Positions 10,242-18,344 of a DNA stretch of 64,000 nucleotides are shown here, one piece after another (position 1 is the stretch's first letter; each line of letters begins with the position of its first letter). The stretch comes from an uncultured Planctomycetaceae bacterium (GTDB lineage Bacteria; Planctomycetota; Planctomycetia; Planctomycetales; Planctomycetaceae), in NCBI GenBank assembly GCA_963976765.1, contig CAXBME010000002.1:248001-312000 (forward strand), given 5' to 3'. The position numbers were made by a program, and so were the translations under genes. Below the pieces are notes generated by a model, which saw only the letters and a list, made by a program, of their open reading frames with translations, was not told the DNA's origin and made no database searches.

Positions 10242-10283
10242 AAAAGCCCCACCGCGAGTCTCCACTCACGACGGGGCTTTTTT
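10242..10283 (-). terminator. Intrinsic terminator downstream of the mini-array (possibly bidirectional)
   Basis: Minus-strand RNA AAAAGCCCCGUCGUGAG-UGGAGA-CUCGCGGUGGGGCUUUU pairs fully with three G-U wobbles. On the plus strand these are A-C mismatches, followed by T6. Confidence 0.7.
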
Positions 10284-10307
10284 CGTGCGAGACGGTGAAA
10301 CCGCCTG

Positions 10308-10410
10308 GCATCAATGGGGCCGCGGTTTTGAGGCCGCGGAAAACTCGCCACAAGCGACATCCTCATCTCATCGCCAAGGCTTCAATGGGGCCAGGCCGTG
10401 AACCTGGAAT
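10308..10410 (-). CRISPR. One-spacer CRISPR mini-array (crRNA-like regulatory RNA, CreR/CreA-type)
   Basis: On the minus strand: degenerate repeat ATTCCAGGTTCACGGCCTGGCCCCATTGAAGC (10410-10379), 35-nt spacer (10378-10344), and near-consensus repeat TTTTCCGCGGCCTCAAAACCGCGGCCCCATTGATGC (10343-10308, 34/36 identical to the array repeat). Confidence 0.9.
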
Positions 10411-10519
10411 TGCTGGCAGCCGAGAGCCGTTACATCCCTGAACCCGATTTTCGAACTGGTCGTCCGACATAGCACAGAAAACAAAACAACTCACAAAAAC
10501 TTGCGTCGACAGCTACAGA

Positions 10520-10548
10520 ACAATAACCTGCTTGTATATATTTTTCAA
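10520..10548 (-). promoter_or_regulatory. Candidate sigma70-type promoter for the mini-array
   Basis: TTGAAA (10548-10543), 17 nt, TATTGT (10525-10520) on the minus strand in an AT-rich intergenic region. Confidence 0.4.
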
Positions 10549-10570
10549 TCCTCATTTCATCTCCAAGAAA
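10548..10570 (-). promoter_or_regulatory. Protospacer and PAM targeted by the mini-array spacer
   Basis: Minus strand TTT|CTTGGAGATGAAATGAGGAT versus spacer 5' end CTTGGCGATGAGATGAGGAT: 18/20, with mismatches at positions 6 and 12. Confidence 0.85.
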
Positions 10571-10645
10571 CATGAATAATTCATTCTCCTTGAAACGTCC
10601 TGTATCACAGGGGGCCGTTAAATTCTTCAGACGCGGAGACAAGCG

Positions 10646-11104
10646 ATGACTCAGGACGATTACGTAAAACTGCTGAAAAAGTTTGTGGATGAGGATGCAT
10701 TGCAGCAGGCATGGCTTGAGCTTCAGGCCAGAGATCCCGGTCTTGACCTGCAAAGCATCGATCGTCGGCTCCTCATTGGCCGGGCAAAATTTCGAATTGC
10801 CGATCAACACCGTCGGCGGCGGCGTGCAGGTTACGGCACGCTGGCGTCCCTGCTTAATTTCTCCTCGGACGAGAAGGATCCCGTAGTCTCTTCAGCAATC
10901 GACAAGGAGACAAAGGAAGAAGTACGGCGAGCAGTGGAAACGTTGAGCCCCACGTTTCGGGAAATCGCCATTCTGCTGTGGTTTGACGGACTGACTCCGG
11001 AAGAAGTCGCACTTCGAACTGGATTGAAACGGAAGACTGTTTACACGCGAAGACGACGAGCCGTGCAGCGTCTCCGAACACGCCTGACCACCCGTGGCCT
11101 GTGA
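10646..11104 (+). CDS. Minimal ECF-like sigma-70 family factor, first gene of the cas operon
   Basis: GGAG SD, region-2-like EDALQQAWLEL...RAKFRIADQHRRRRR, and region 4 AVETLSPTFREIAILLWFDGLTPEEVALRTGLKRKTVYTRRRRAVQRLR. Confidence 0.8.
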   Translation: MTQDDYVKLLKKFVDEDALQQAWLELQARDPGLDLQSIDRRLLIGRAKFRIADQHRRRRRAGYGTLASLLNFSSDEKDPVVSSAIDKETKEEVRRAVETLSPTFREIAILLWFDGLTPEEVALRTGLKRKTVYTRRRRAVQRLRTRLTTRGL

Positions 11105-11122
11105 ATACAAAGGAGTCCCCAA

Positions 11123-11329
11123 ATGAATTTGATGGCCCTTCGAGATACGTGGCTGATGTTCCAGCGCGAGCAAGGATGCTCCGTCGATCGGATGCTGTGC
11201 CGCCCCGAGTTACGGGAAGAGTACATCGCAGCCGCCCGCACGGTCTGCGGCTGCAATGACGAGGAAACGATCCTCTGGAACACCGTCAACCTGCGGAAAA
11301 AGAAGACGCTGCCAAGCGTCCTGAAGTAG
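11123..11329 (+). CDS. Small hypothetical protein (68 aa) between the sigma gene and cas3
   Basis: Strong SD (AAGGAG) upstream; tight 18-bp and 36-bp spacing to its neighbours. Confidence 0.75.
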   Translation: MNLMALRDTWLMFQREQGCSVDRMLCRPELREEYIAAARTVCGCNDEETILWNTVNLRKKKTLPSVLK

Positions 11330-11365
11330 CTCTCGGGACGCCAATTACTCGAATGAGAATGCACC

Positions 11366-14017
11366 ATGACGTACGACGAATTCTTTCAAACAGCGCTGGC
11401 TGGCCAGAAGTACGCGCCGCGTGACTGGCAGCGGAAACTGGCAGAGGCCGGTGAACCTCGCAATCGTCTGATTCGCATTCCGACCGGAATGGGTAAGACG
11501 GCTGGCGTGCTGGCCGCCTGGCTCTGGAACGCTGTCAGTGATCAAAGCGGTGGTTCTCGCGAGGTCTGGCCGCGACGACTGGTGTGGTGCCTGCCAATGC
11601 GGGTGCTTGTTGAGCAGACTGCTGATGTTGCGCGGGACCTCGTCCTGCAGGCCGGATTGGAATCGCGGGTCGGCGTGCATTGCCTCATGGGCGGCGTCGA
11701 GTCGGACGAGTGGCATCTTCATCCAGAGAAGCCCGCGATTCTCGTCGGGACTCAGGACATGCTGCTGTCGCGAGCGCTCAATCGCGGTTACGCGTCCGGT
11801 CGGGCGCGGTGGCCGCATGAGTTCGGGTTGCTCAATCACGACTGCCTGTGGGTGATGGATGAAGTGCAGTTGATGGATGTCGGACTGGCGACGTCCGCGC
11901 AGTTGCAGGCGTATCGCGATGAAGAGTCGTCAAAAGGATTACGACCGTGCTTGACCTGGTGGATGAGCGCGACGCTGCAGCCCGAGTGGCTTCGCAGTGT
12001 GGATACGCAGAGCCGCTTCGAGGACTGGTGTCGCGATCCGTGCGTCATCGCGTCTGCTGAGCGAGTCGGCGGTTTATGGGACATTCCCAAACCGCTGGCG
12101 ACGACGTCGATTGAGGCAAAGAACGCCGCAGCCTTTGCGGCGAGGATTCTCGACGAACACGCGGCCATCGAGGCAGGCGAATTCGGACGCGTGACACTCG
12201 TCGTCTGCAACACCGTTGAGCGAGCCTGCCAGACCCATGCGGCACTGCAGAAAGCCGGTCGAACTGAGAATCTGGAGCTGGTTCACAGCCGGTTTCGACC
12301 ACACGAACGCTCGGGCTGGAGCCGCTACCTGAACCGCGACGCCTGCGGTCGCGACGCCGATCGCATCATCGTGGCGACGCAGGTAATCGAAGCCGGAGTT
12401 GATCTGTCCGCCGGATGCCTGGTCACTGAACTCGCTCCCTGGCCGAGCCTTGTGCAGCGTTTCGGACGCTGTGCCCGTTACGGAGGACAGGGGCGAATGC
12501 TCGTCGTGGATCGTGGTCAGAACGAGCAGTCAGCGCGCCCCTACGAGGTGACCACGCTCACCGCCGCCTGGGACGCGCTGCAGCGGCTGGATGATGCGGG
12601 GATCCGGTCGCTCGAAGAGTTTGAAGCGGGGCTCGATGACGAGCAGCGCGGGCTGCTTTATCCCTACTCGCCGAACCATCTGCTGATGCGGGACGAGTTC
12701 GTCGAACTGTTTGACACAACACCGGACCTGACCGGCGCGGACCTCGATATCAGCCGCTTCATCCGGTCGGGTACGGAGCGGGATCTGCAGGTCTTCTGGA
12801 TCGCCGTTCCCAAAGGCGACGCTCCCGACGATCGACTTCAGCCTCGCCGAGATGAACTGTGCAGCGTCCCGTTTCTCGCGGCTCAGGACTGGCTGTGCGG
12901 GAAAAAGTCCGTCGCCGAGCGGGCGTGGATCCGGGACTGGCTGGACGGTCAGTGGGTACCCGTCCGGCGCGAGATGCTGTTGCCTGGACGCGTGATCTGC
13001 GTCGCGGCCGAACGCGGTGGCTATGTTGCGGAAGCGGGATTCGCTCCGCACTCGAAAGTGCCCGTGCCGCCTGTTCCGACCGATCCAGAAATCACGTCGG
13101 ACTCGGTGGAGACGGCTTCCGGCAGGTCGGACAGTCAGCAGGATGACGAGTCGCTCAGCCGCAACGACTGGAAGTCGATCGCCTTTCACAGTCAGGAAGT
13201 CGCCGAAGAGGCCGCGTCCATCTGCTCAGAGCTGCAACTTCCGGACGACGTGTCGGAGCTACTGCAGCTTGCCGCCCGGTGGCACGATCTGGGCAAGTCG
13301 CATCCAGCGTTTCAGGGCATGCTGCGAGACAGAGAAAACGAGCAGCGTCCCGACCGAAGCGACCTCGCCAAAGGACCGGATGCCGCGTGGGAGACCGACC
13401 GCCAGAAGTTCTACACGTACCCCAACGGCTCTGATCAGCGGCGAGGCTTCCGGCACGAACTGGCCAGTGCACTGGCGATGTTCTCCGTGCTGAAGACGTT
13501 TGCGCCGCGACATCCCGCGTTGCTGGGACCGTGGGTCGAGCTGCTCGAATCGCTGTCCCACCCGGTGCCTGACGCTGCTGCGGAAGTCTCGCATCCGGAA
13601 ATTCAACGACTCATCGATTGCTCGGCGGATGACTTCGATCTGCTCGCGTATCTCGTGGCGAGTCATCACGGCAAGGTCCGGGTTGCTCTGCATGCGGCTC
13701 CGGCTGATCAGGACTACCAGCCGACCGATGGCGATCCGCACGGCCTGCCGATCCGCGGTGTTCGCACTGGTGACGTGCTGCCGTCGATCGCGCTGACTCC
13801 CGACGGTCTGCCACTGCCCGAGTTACCGCTCACGCTGGAACCCGCGGCGCTGGGCCTGTCGTTTGAAACCGGAGCAAGCTGGCGAGAGCGGACGCTGAAG
13901 CTCATCGAGCGGCTTGGTCCATCGCGACTGGGATTCCTCGAAGCCGTACTGCGCTCCGCCGACGTCCGGGCCTCCCAAAGGACAACAAGTGACCAGGCAT
14001 TCGAAACGGCGACATGA
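11366..14017 (+). CDS. cas3: Type I-G Cas3 (N-terminal SF2 helicase, C-terminal HD nuclease)
   Basis: PTGMGKT, DEVQ, SAT, ATQVIEAGVD and QRFGRCAR helicase motifs; C-terminal WHDLGK, RHELAS, SHHGK and LRSADVRAS. Confidence 0.95.
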   Translation: MTYDEFFQTALAGQKYAPRDWQRKLAEAGEPRNRLIRIPTGMGKTAGVLAAWLWNAVSDQSGGSREVWPRRLVWCLPMRVLVEQTADVARDLVLQAGLESRVGVHCLMGGVESDEWHLHPEKPAILVGTQDMLLSRALNRGYASGRARWPHEFGLLNHDCLWVMDEVQLMDVGLATSAQLQAYRDEESSKGLRPCLTWWMSATLQPEWLRSVDTQSRFEDWCRDPCVIASAERVGGLWDIPKPLATTSIEAKNAAAFAARILDEHAAIEAGEFGRVTLVVCNTVERACQTHAALQKAGRTENLELVHSRFRPHERSGWSRYLNRDACGRDADRIIVATQVIEAGVDLSAGCLVTELAPWPSLVQRFGRCARYGGQGRMLVVDRGQNEQSARPYEVTTLTAAWDALQRLDDAGIRSLEEFEAGLDDEQRGLLYPYSPNHLLMRDEFVELFDTTPDLTGADLDISRFIRSGTERDLQVFWIAVPKGDAPDDRLQPRRDELCSVPFLAAQDWLCGKKSVAERAWIRDWLDGQWVPVRREMLLPGRVICVAAERGGYVAEAGFAPHSKVPVPPVPTDPEITSDSVETASGRSDSQQDDESLSRNDWKSIAFHSQEVAEEAASICSELQLPDDVSELLQLAARWHDLGKSHPAFQGMLRDRENEQRPDRSDLAKGPDAAWETDRQKFYTYPNGSDQRRGFRHELASALAMFSVLKTFAPRHPALLGPWVELLESLSHPVPDAAAEVSHPEIQRLIDCSADDFDLLAYLVASHHGKVRVALHAAPADQDYQPTDGDPHGLPIRGVRTGDVLPSIALTPDGLPLPELPLTLEPAALGLSFETGASWRERTLKLIERLGPSRLGFLEAVLRSADVRASQRTTSDQAFETAT

Positions 14018-14086
14018 ATCCACGATGGCGCACGACGCGAACCACCAACCGCAATCCAGAACCACCGACCACGATCCAAAAACATC

Positions 14087-14191
14087 GGTCGCGTAGCGAC
14101 CAAATGCCGGTAGCCGGGGGTTTCAACCCTCGGTCAGGGAACATCAATGCCACACATCGATGTTCATCCGGAACGCGTCGCGTAGCGACGC
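14087..14191. repeat. REP-like palindromes left of the Y1 transposase
   Basis: GGTCGCGTAGCGACC, GTAG-CCGGGGGTTTCAACCCTCGG (14110-14133) and GCGTCGCGTAGCGACGC (14175-14191). Confidence 0.85.
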
Positions 14192-14240
14192 CTGATGCTC
14201 ACGACCTCAACGGCGAACGCAACAACATCAGAGAATCACA

Positions 14241-14693
14241 ATGGCCAACACCTACACGAGCCTGCGTTACCACATCGTCTTCAGCACGAAGGAACGCCGT
14301 CCGCTGATCGCCGCGGACATTGAACAGCGAGTGTGGGAATACCTTGGTGGCATCGCCCGACAGAACGGGATGCAGCCACTTCAGGTGGGAGGCATCGAGG
14401 ATCACATCCACATCGTGGTTAGCATTCCACCGACAATGGCGGTGAGCAAAGCCGTGCAACAGATCAAAGGCGGGTCGTCGAAATGGATCCATGAGACGTT
14501 TCTGGACCTCAACGACTTCGCATGGCAGGACGGATACGGAGCGTTTTCCGTCAGCCGGTCTCAGTTATCGACAGTCATCAACTACGCCGCCACGCAACGG
14601 GAGCATCACCGCGAGCGGAATTTTCAGGACGAATATCGATCGATCCTGGAGCGCCACGAAATCGAATACGACGAGCGATACGTCTGGGGCTGA
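14241..14693 (+). mobile_element. tnpA: IS200/IS605-superfamily Y1 (HUH) transposase, REP-associated (RAYT-like), no tnpB
   Basis: YHIVFSTK, DHIH (HUH motif), WQDGYGAFSVS and catalytic Tyr in NYAATQREHH; flanked by GTAG-containing REP hairpins. Confidence 0.9.
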
Positions 14694-14724
14694 CCGGAGA
14701 CCGCGATCAATGACAAATGAGTGC

Positions 14725-14980
14725 GGTCGCGTAGCGACCACATGCCGGTAACCGGGGGTTTCAACCCCCGGGCGTGCGGCAACCCCATCAACGCCATCGG
14801 GTACCCGGAACATTCACGACGCGTCGCGTAGCGACGCATGACAAACACGGATCGCACATGCATCGGCCATTCATCATGCGTCGCTACGCGACGCGTCCAA
14901 CAACCGAATCTCAAACGCGCGCGACACATGCAAACCGGGGGTTGAAACCCCCGGCTACCGGCGGGTTGTCGCTACGCGAC
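14725..14980. repeat. BIME/REPIN-like inverted cluster of REP palindromes
   Basis: Arrangement A-B-B'-A'. A = GTCGCGTAGCGAC..GTAACCGGGGGTTTCAACCCCCGG (14725-14771), B = GACGCGTCGCGTAGCGACGCATGA (~14818-14841), B' is its inverse (~14874-14897), A' = CCGGGGGTTGAAACCCCCGGCTAC..GTCGCTACGCGAC (~14935-14980). Confidence 0.85.
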
Positions 14981-15030
14981 GTGTGCCGATTCATCCGAAC
15001 GTCAATGACGGCACCTGCAAGGACTTCAGC

Positions 15031-17334
15031 ATGACACAACATCTGCATCATCTCCGAGGCTGTGCTCCGGCACCGCTGGCGTTGTATCTGAAGGCAATCG
15101 GCATCCTTCGCCTGATCGCCGAACAGGCCGACCCCGACGCACGCGGCTGGTGGCAGGACGAACATTTCTGCCTGCTCACGAAGCTCGATCGGGGCGAGAT
15201 CGAATCGTTCTTTCTGAATGACTACTCGCCCACACCTTTGCTCGCGCCTTGGAATGGTGGTTCAGGATTCTTCAGAACGTGGGACGCAAAGAGCGGGAAA
15301 CTTCGTAACAGCAAGAATGCCGCAGCGCTTGAATCGCTTCTCGAAACAAACGACCAGCGAGTTATCCAGCTTCGACTAGCAGCAAGTGAGGTCACGACAA
15401 CTCTGCCTGCGTATTGCGTACGCACGGACGTCTCAAAACTTTCGGCGAAGGAACGAAACAAACTGCTTGTCTTACCGGTTGGTGATGGCCCGACATTTCC
15501 GGTCATTCCCAAGGATGACTCTGGAAAACTGCAGGTGCAACGAACACTTCTCCGAATGTCCAGAGAGACTCCTTTCTATAGAAGCGCTCTCGTCGAAGTC
15601 GCGGAGAACATGAAAGGTCCGTGGCTTTGGGGAAGCGCAGGCAATGATGGCAACATCGACTACACCGGTCGATTTTTCGAAAATCTCAATTTGATTCTGA
15701 CGCCAAAGGACGTGGCGAAAAACGAGCGATTGCTGAATTGCTCACTGTTCGAGGAATCCACACACGGACTCCTTACGAACGCGGCGGGAAAAGTCGGACA
15801 ATTCTTTCCGACTGGTGCGGGTGGCCCTAATGTCACAACCGGTCCCGGGACACAGAAAGATACTTGTCTGAATCCTTGGGATTTCGTTCTCATGCTGGAA
15901 GGAGCCGTAGCCTTTAGTTCGAGCACTACGCGTCGTCTGGATCCGACTGCGATTCACCGATCAAGTTCACCATTCGTCGTTCAGTCACACACAGTGCGAA
16001 AGTCCACTGCACTGCACGAAAAAGACGAACGTGGCGAACAATGGATGCCATTGTGGAACAGGCCAGCATGCTTTCCTGATCTTTCTGCGTTAATAGCGGA
16101 GGCGCGATTACAAGTTGGGCGACGACCGGCCAAACGCCCGATAGATGCGGCCCTTTCGATTGCTCGGCTCGGGACTGCGCGAGGGCTTTCAGGGTTCGTT
16201 CGGTACAGTTTCCGAGAACGCAACGGAAGATCGCATCTCGCCGTCCTACTTGGGCGTATCAAGGTCAAACATCGACCCAATGCCACGCTTATTGATAACA
16301 TTGCGCCGTGGCTGGACCAGTTGCAGCGAATGTCACGTGATAAGAATGCTCCAGCACGCTTTGTTCATGCGGAGCAACGACTCGCTGATGCCGTGTTTGC
16401 CGTGCTCACTCACGATGAGACATCGGCACGGTGGCAGGCGGTCCTCGAAGCGGCGGTGGGTATTGAGTCGATTCAGGTTGGTGACACCGCCATCAAAGCC
16501 GGTCCGATTCCGTTCTTGTCGCCGGGCTGGATCAAAGCTGCCGGAACAGGAGACGGCTCGGCGGAATTCCGCCTCGCTCTTGCACTGGGCAGCGCGGCTC
16601 GGGGTTTTCCCAAAGGCCGGCGACCGATTGATTCTGTCCGGCATCACTGGCTGCCGCTCGAACCCGGAGCGTTCCGATTCTCAGTCTCGGACAAGCGATT
16701 GGCGCATGATTCGCGCGTCGTCATCTCCGGTCGCGATCCGGAAGCCGACTGTGCGGCGATCGTGCGACGGCGACTGATCGAAGGCGAACGCGACAGTGCC
16801 CGCTCGCTGCCGCTGAAGGCCGCGTTTGGATGCGACGCCCGGTTGAACGACCTCGCGGCATTGATCAACGGCGAAGTCGATCTCGATCGAGTGCTCACGC
16901 TGGCTCGCGCCTTCATGGCGATCGACTGGAAGAACTGGTCGGGCAAAGAGGTTCATTCAAACCTTCCAACACTACCGTCACGTGACAATCGACCAGTTCC
17001 TGACGATGCCTGGCTCGCGCTGCGACTCGCCTGTCTACCGAGCCTGAAAAAGAGCGGTCAGGCATCCGGCAACGTCGTCTCGAAAGACAACATCACGATC
17101 CCGGCGGAACCATCGCTCGTGTCCCGCCTGCTGTCGGGTGACGGCAGCGAAGCCGTCCGCATTGCCACTCGTCGGCTTGGTGCGTCCGGCATTCGGACAC
17201 CGTTCACGTCGGCGATCACCGATCCCGAAACCGCGCGCCGTTGGGCGGCGGCTCTGGCCTTTCCCATTTCGCTCCACAGTGCTCGTCGCGCTGTGGAGAT
17301 TCTCGTGCCTGACTTCTTTGGAGAGACTCGATGA
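15031..17334 (+). CDS. csx17: Type I-G large subunit Cas8g (Csx17/Cas8u1)
   Basis: LRGCAPAPLALYLKAIG N-terminus, YSPTPLLAPWNGGSGF, NPWDFVLMLEGA and EQWMPLW; position between cas3 and cas7. ATG 15031 is preferred over GTG 14983. Confidence 0.9.
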   Translation: MTQHLHHLRGCAPAPLALYLKAIGILRLIAEQADPDARGWWQDEHFCLLTKLDRGEIESFFLNDYSPTPLLAPWNGGSGFFRTWDAKSGKLRNSKNAAALESLLETNDQRVIQLRLAASEVTTTLPAYCVRTDVSKLSAKERNKLLVLPVGDGPTFPVIPKDDSGKLQVQRTLLRMSRETPFYRSALVEVAENMKGPWLWGSAGNDGNIDYTGRFFENLNLILTPKDVAKNERLLNCSLFEESTHGLLTNAAGKVGQFFPTGAGGPNVTTGPGTQKDTCLNPWDFVLMLEGAVAFSSSTTRRLDPTAIHRSSSPFVVQSHTVRKSTALHEKDERGEQWMPLWNRPACFPDLSALIAEARLQVGRRPAKRPIDAALSIARLGTARGLSGFVRYSFRERNGRSHLAVLLGRIKVKHRPNATLIDNIAPWLDQLQRMSRDKNAPARFVHAEQRLADAVFAVLTHDETSARWQAVLEAAVGIESIQVGDTAIKAGPIPFLSPGWIKAAGTGDGSAEFRLALALGSAARGFPKGRRPIDSVRHHWLPLEPGAFRFSVSDKRLAHDSRVVISGRDPEADCAAIVRRRLIEGERDSARSLPLKAAFGCDARLNDLAALINGEVDLDRVLTLARAFMAIDWKNWSGKEVHSNLPTLPSRDNRPVPDDAWLALRLACLPSLKKSGQASGNVVSKDNITIPAEPSLVSRLLSGDGSEAVRIATRRLGASGIRTPFTSAITDPETARRWAAALAFPISLHSARRAVEILVPDFFGETR

Positions 17335-18341
17335 CCGACCTGTCACCACTCAACGGCGTCAATCGCCTGCTGTTTACCGTCCCGCTGAAGCCCTTGCAGT
17401 CTGATCGCTTTCAACCGACCGGGTTCCCAAATCTCGGAGCCGCCACTTATCAGACGAGCGCCGGTCAAAAGCTGCTCGTTGAGAGCGCTCAGAGCATGGC
17501 CAACCGACTGGAAACCGTCTGCTGGGACACCGTCAACAATCAGCCCGTCGCCGACCTGAAGGGCATCAGCCACGTCACGGTCACGCGTCAGGGAAAATTC
17601 CTGACGGACACGATGCTTGAGGCGCATCGGCTCAACAGTGCGTATCTACTCGAAGGAAAAGACAAAACGTTTCTCACGCGACTCAGTGAAGAACTAGGGG
17701 ATTTCGAAGTGGGGCCGATCGATCGACATCGCTTCGCCCGAACGTTGCTGCGATTCGATGTCGGGAGCCTGATTCATGGCGTGTTTCTCGCGAAAAAGGA
17801 TCTTGCTGGTGGACGACTTCGAATGGCTCGTGCCGTTTCCGCGTTCATTGAAGCGACGGGAGTCCGAGTTGCTGCTTCCGGGGGCGTTAAGAACGACCAT
17901 GTTCATCCTTCAAAGGTAAAAGGCGATTCGAAGAATCACTTCGGCAATATCCCATTCGCCCGGGATGAGTTCACTGCTGATTCGATCGACTGTCACATCA
18001 ACATCGACCTCGCACAGATCCGTGGCTATGGGCTCGATGAGCGTGTTGAGCGGATGCTGATTCTGCTCGCACTTTTCCGTGTTCGCCGGCTGCTGGATGG
18101 CGACCTCCGTCTCCGAACCGCGTGCGATCTAACACCCGTCGATGGTGACTCAATCAGGGCGAGTCGCCCGTCTGGCTTCATGTTGCCATCGTCGAGCGAG
18201 CTCGATGCCTCAGTCGCAGAAGCCATCACCCCGTGTTGCGAATTAATGAGCCATGAGACAATCACTTTTGAAGACAAACTTGAGAAAGCGCAAGACGACA
18301 CGTCCGACGATGACAGTGACGCCAAGACCGACGAGGAATAG
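17331..18341 (+). CDS. csb1: Type I-G Cas7 (Csb1/Cas7u)
   Basis: RFQPTGFPNLG, LLVESAQSMANRLE, EAHRLNS, SGGVKND and LRLRTACDL. Confidence 0.92.
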   Translation: MTDLSPLNGVNRLLFTVPLKPLQSDRFQPTGFPNLGAATYQTSAGQKLLVESAQSMANRLETVCWDTVNNQPVADLKGISHVTVTRQGKFLTDTMLEAHRLNSAYLLEGKDKTFLTRLSEELGDFEVGPIDRHRFARTLLRFDVGSLIHGVFLAKKDLAGGRLRMARAVSAFIEATGVRVAASGGVKNDHVHPSKVKGDSKNHFGNIPFARDEFTADSIDCHINIDLAQIRGYGLDERVERMLILLALFRVRRLLDGDLRLRTACDLTPVDGDSIRASRPSGFMLPSSSELDASVAEAITPCCELMSHETITFEDKLEKAQDDTSDDDSDAKTDEE

Positions 18342-18344
18342 CCG

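Noticed and set aside
9922..10441. ORFs 9922-10401, 9934-10353 and 10124-10441 as proteins
   Set aside because: They run through a terminator and the mini-array repeats and show no recognisable motifs.
14241..14693. CRISPR-associated transposon or IS605 with TnpB
   Set aside because: No tnsABC/tniQ or tnpB is present, cas3 is intact, and the flanks are REP-like.
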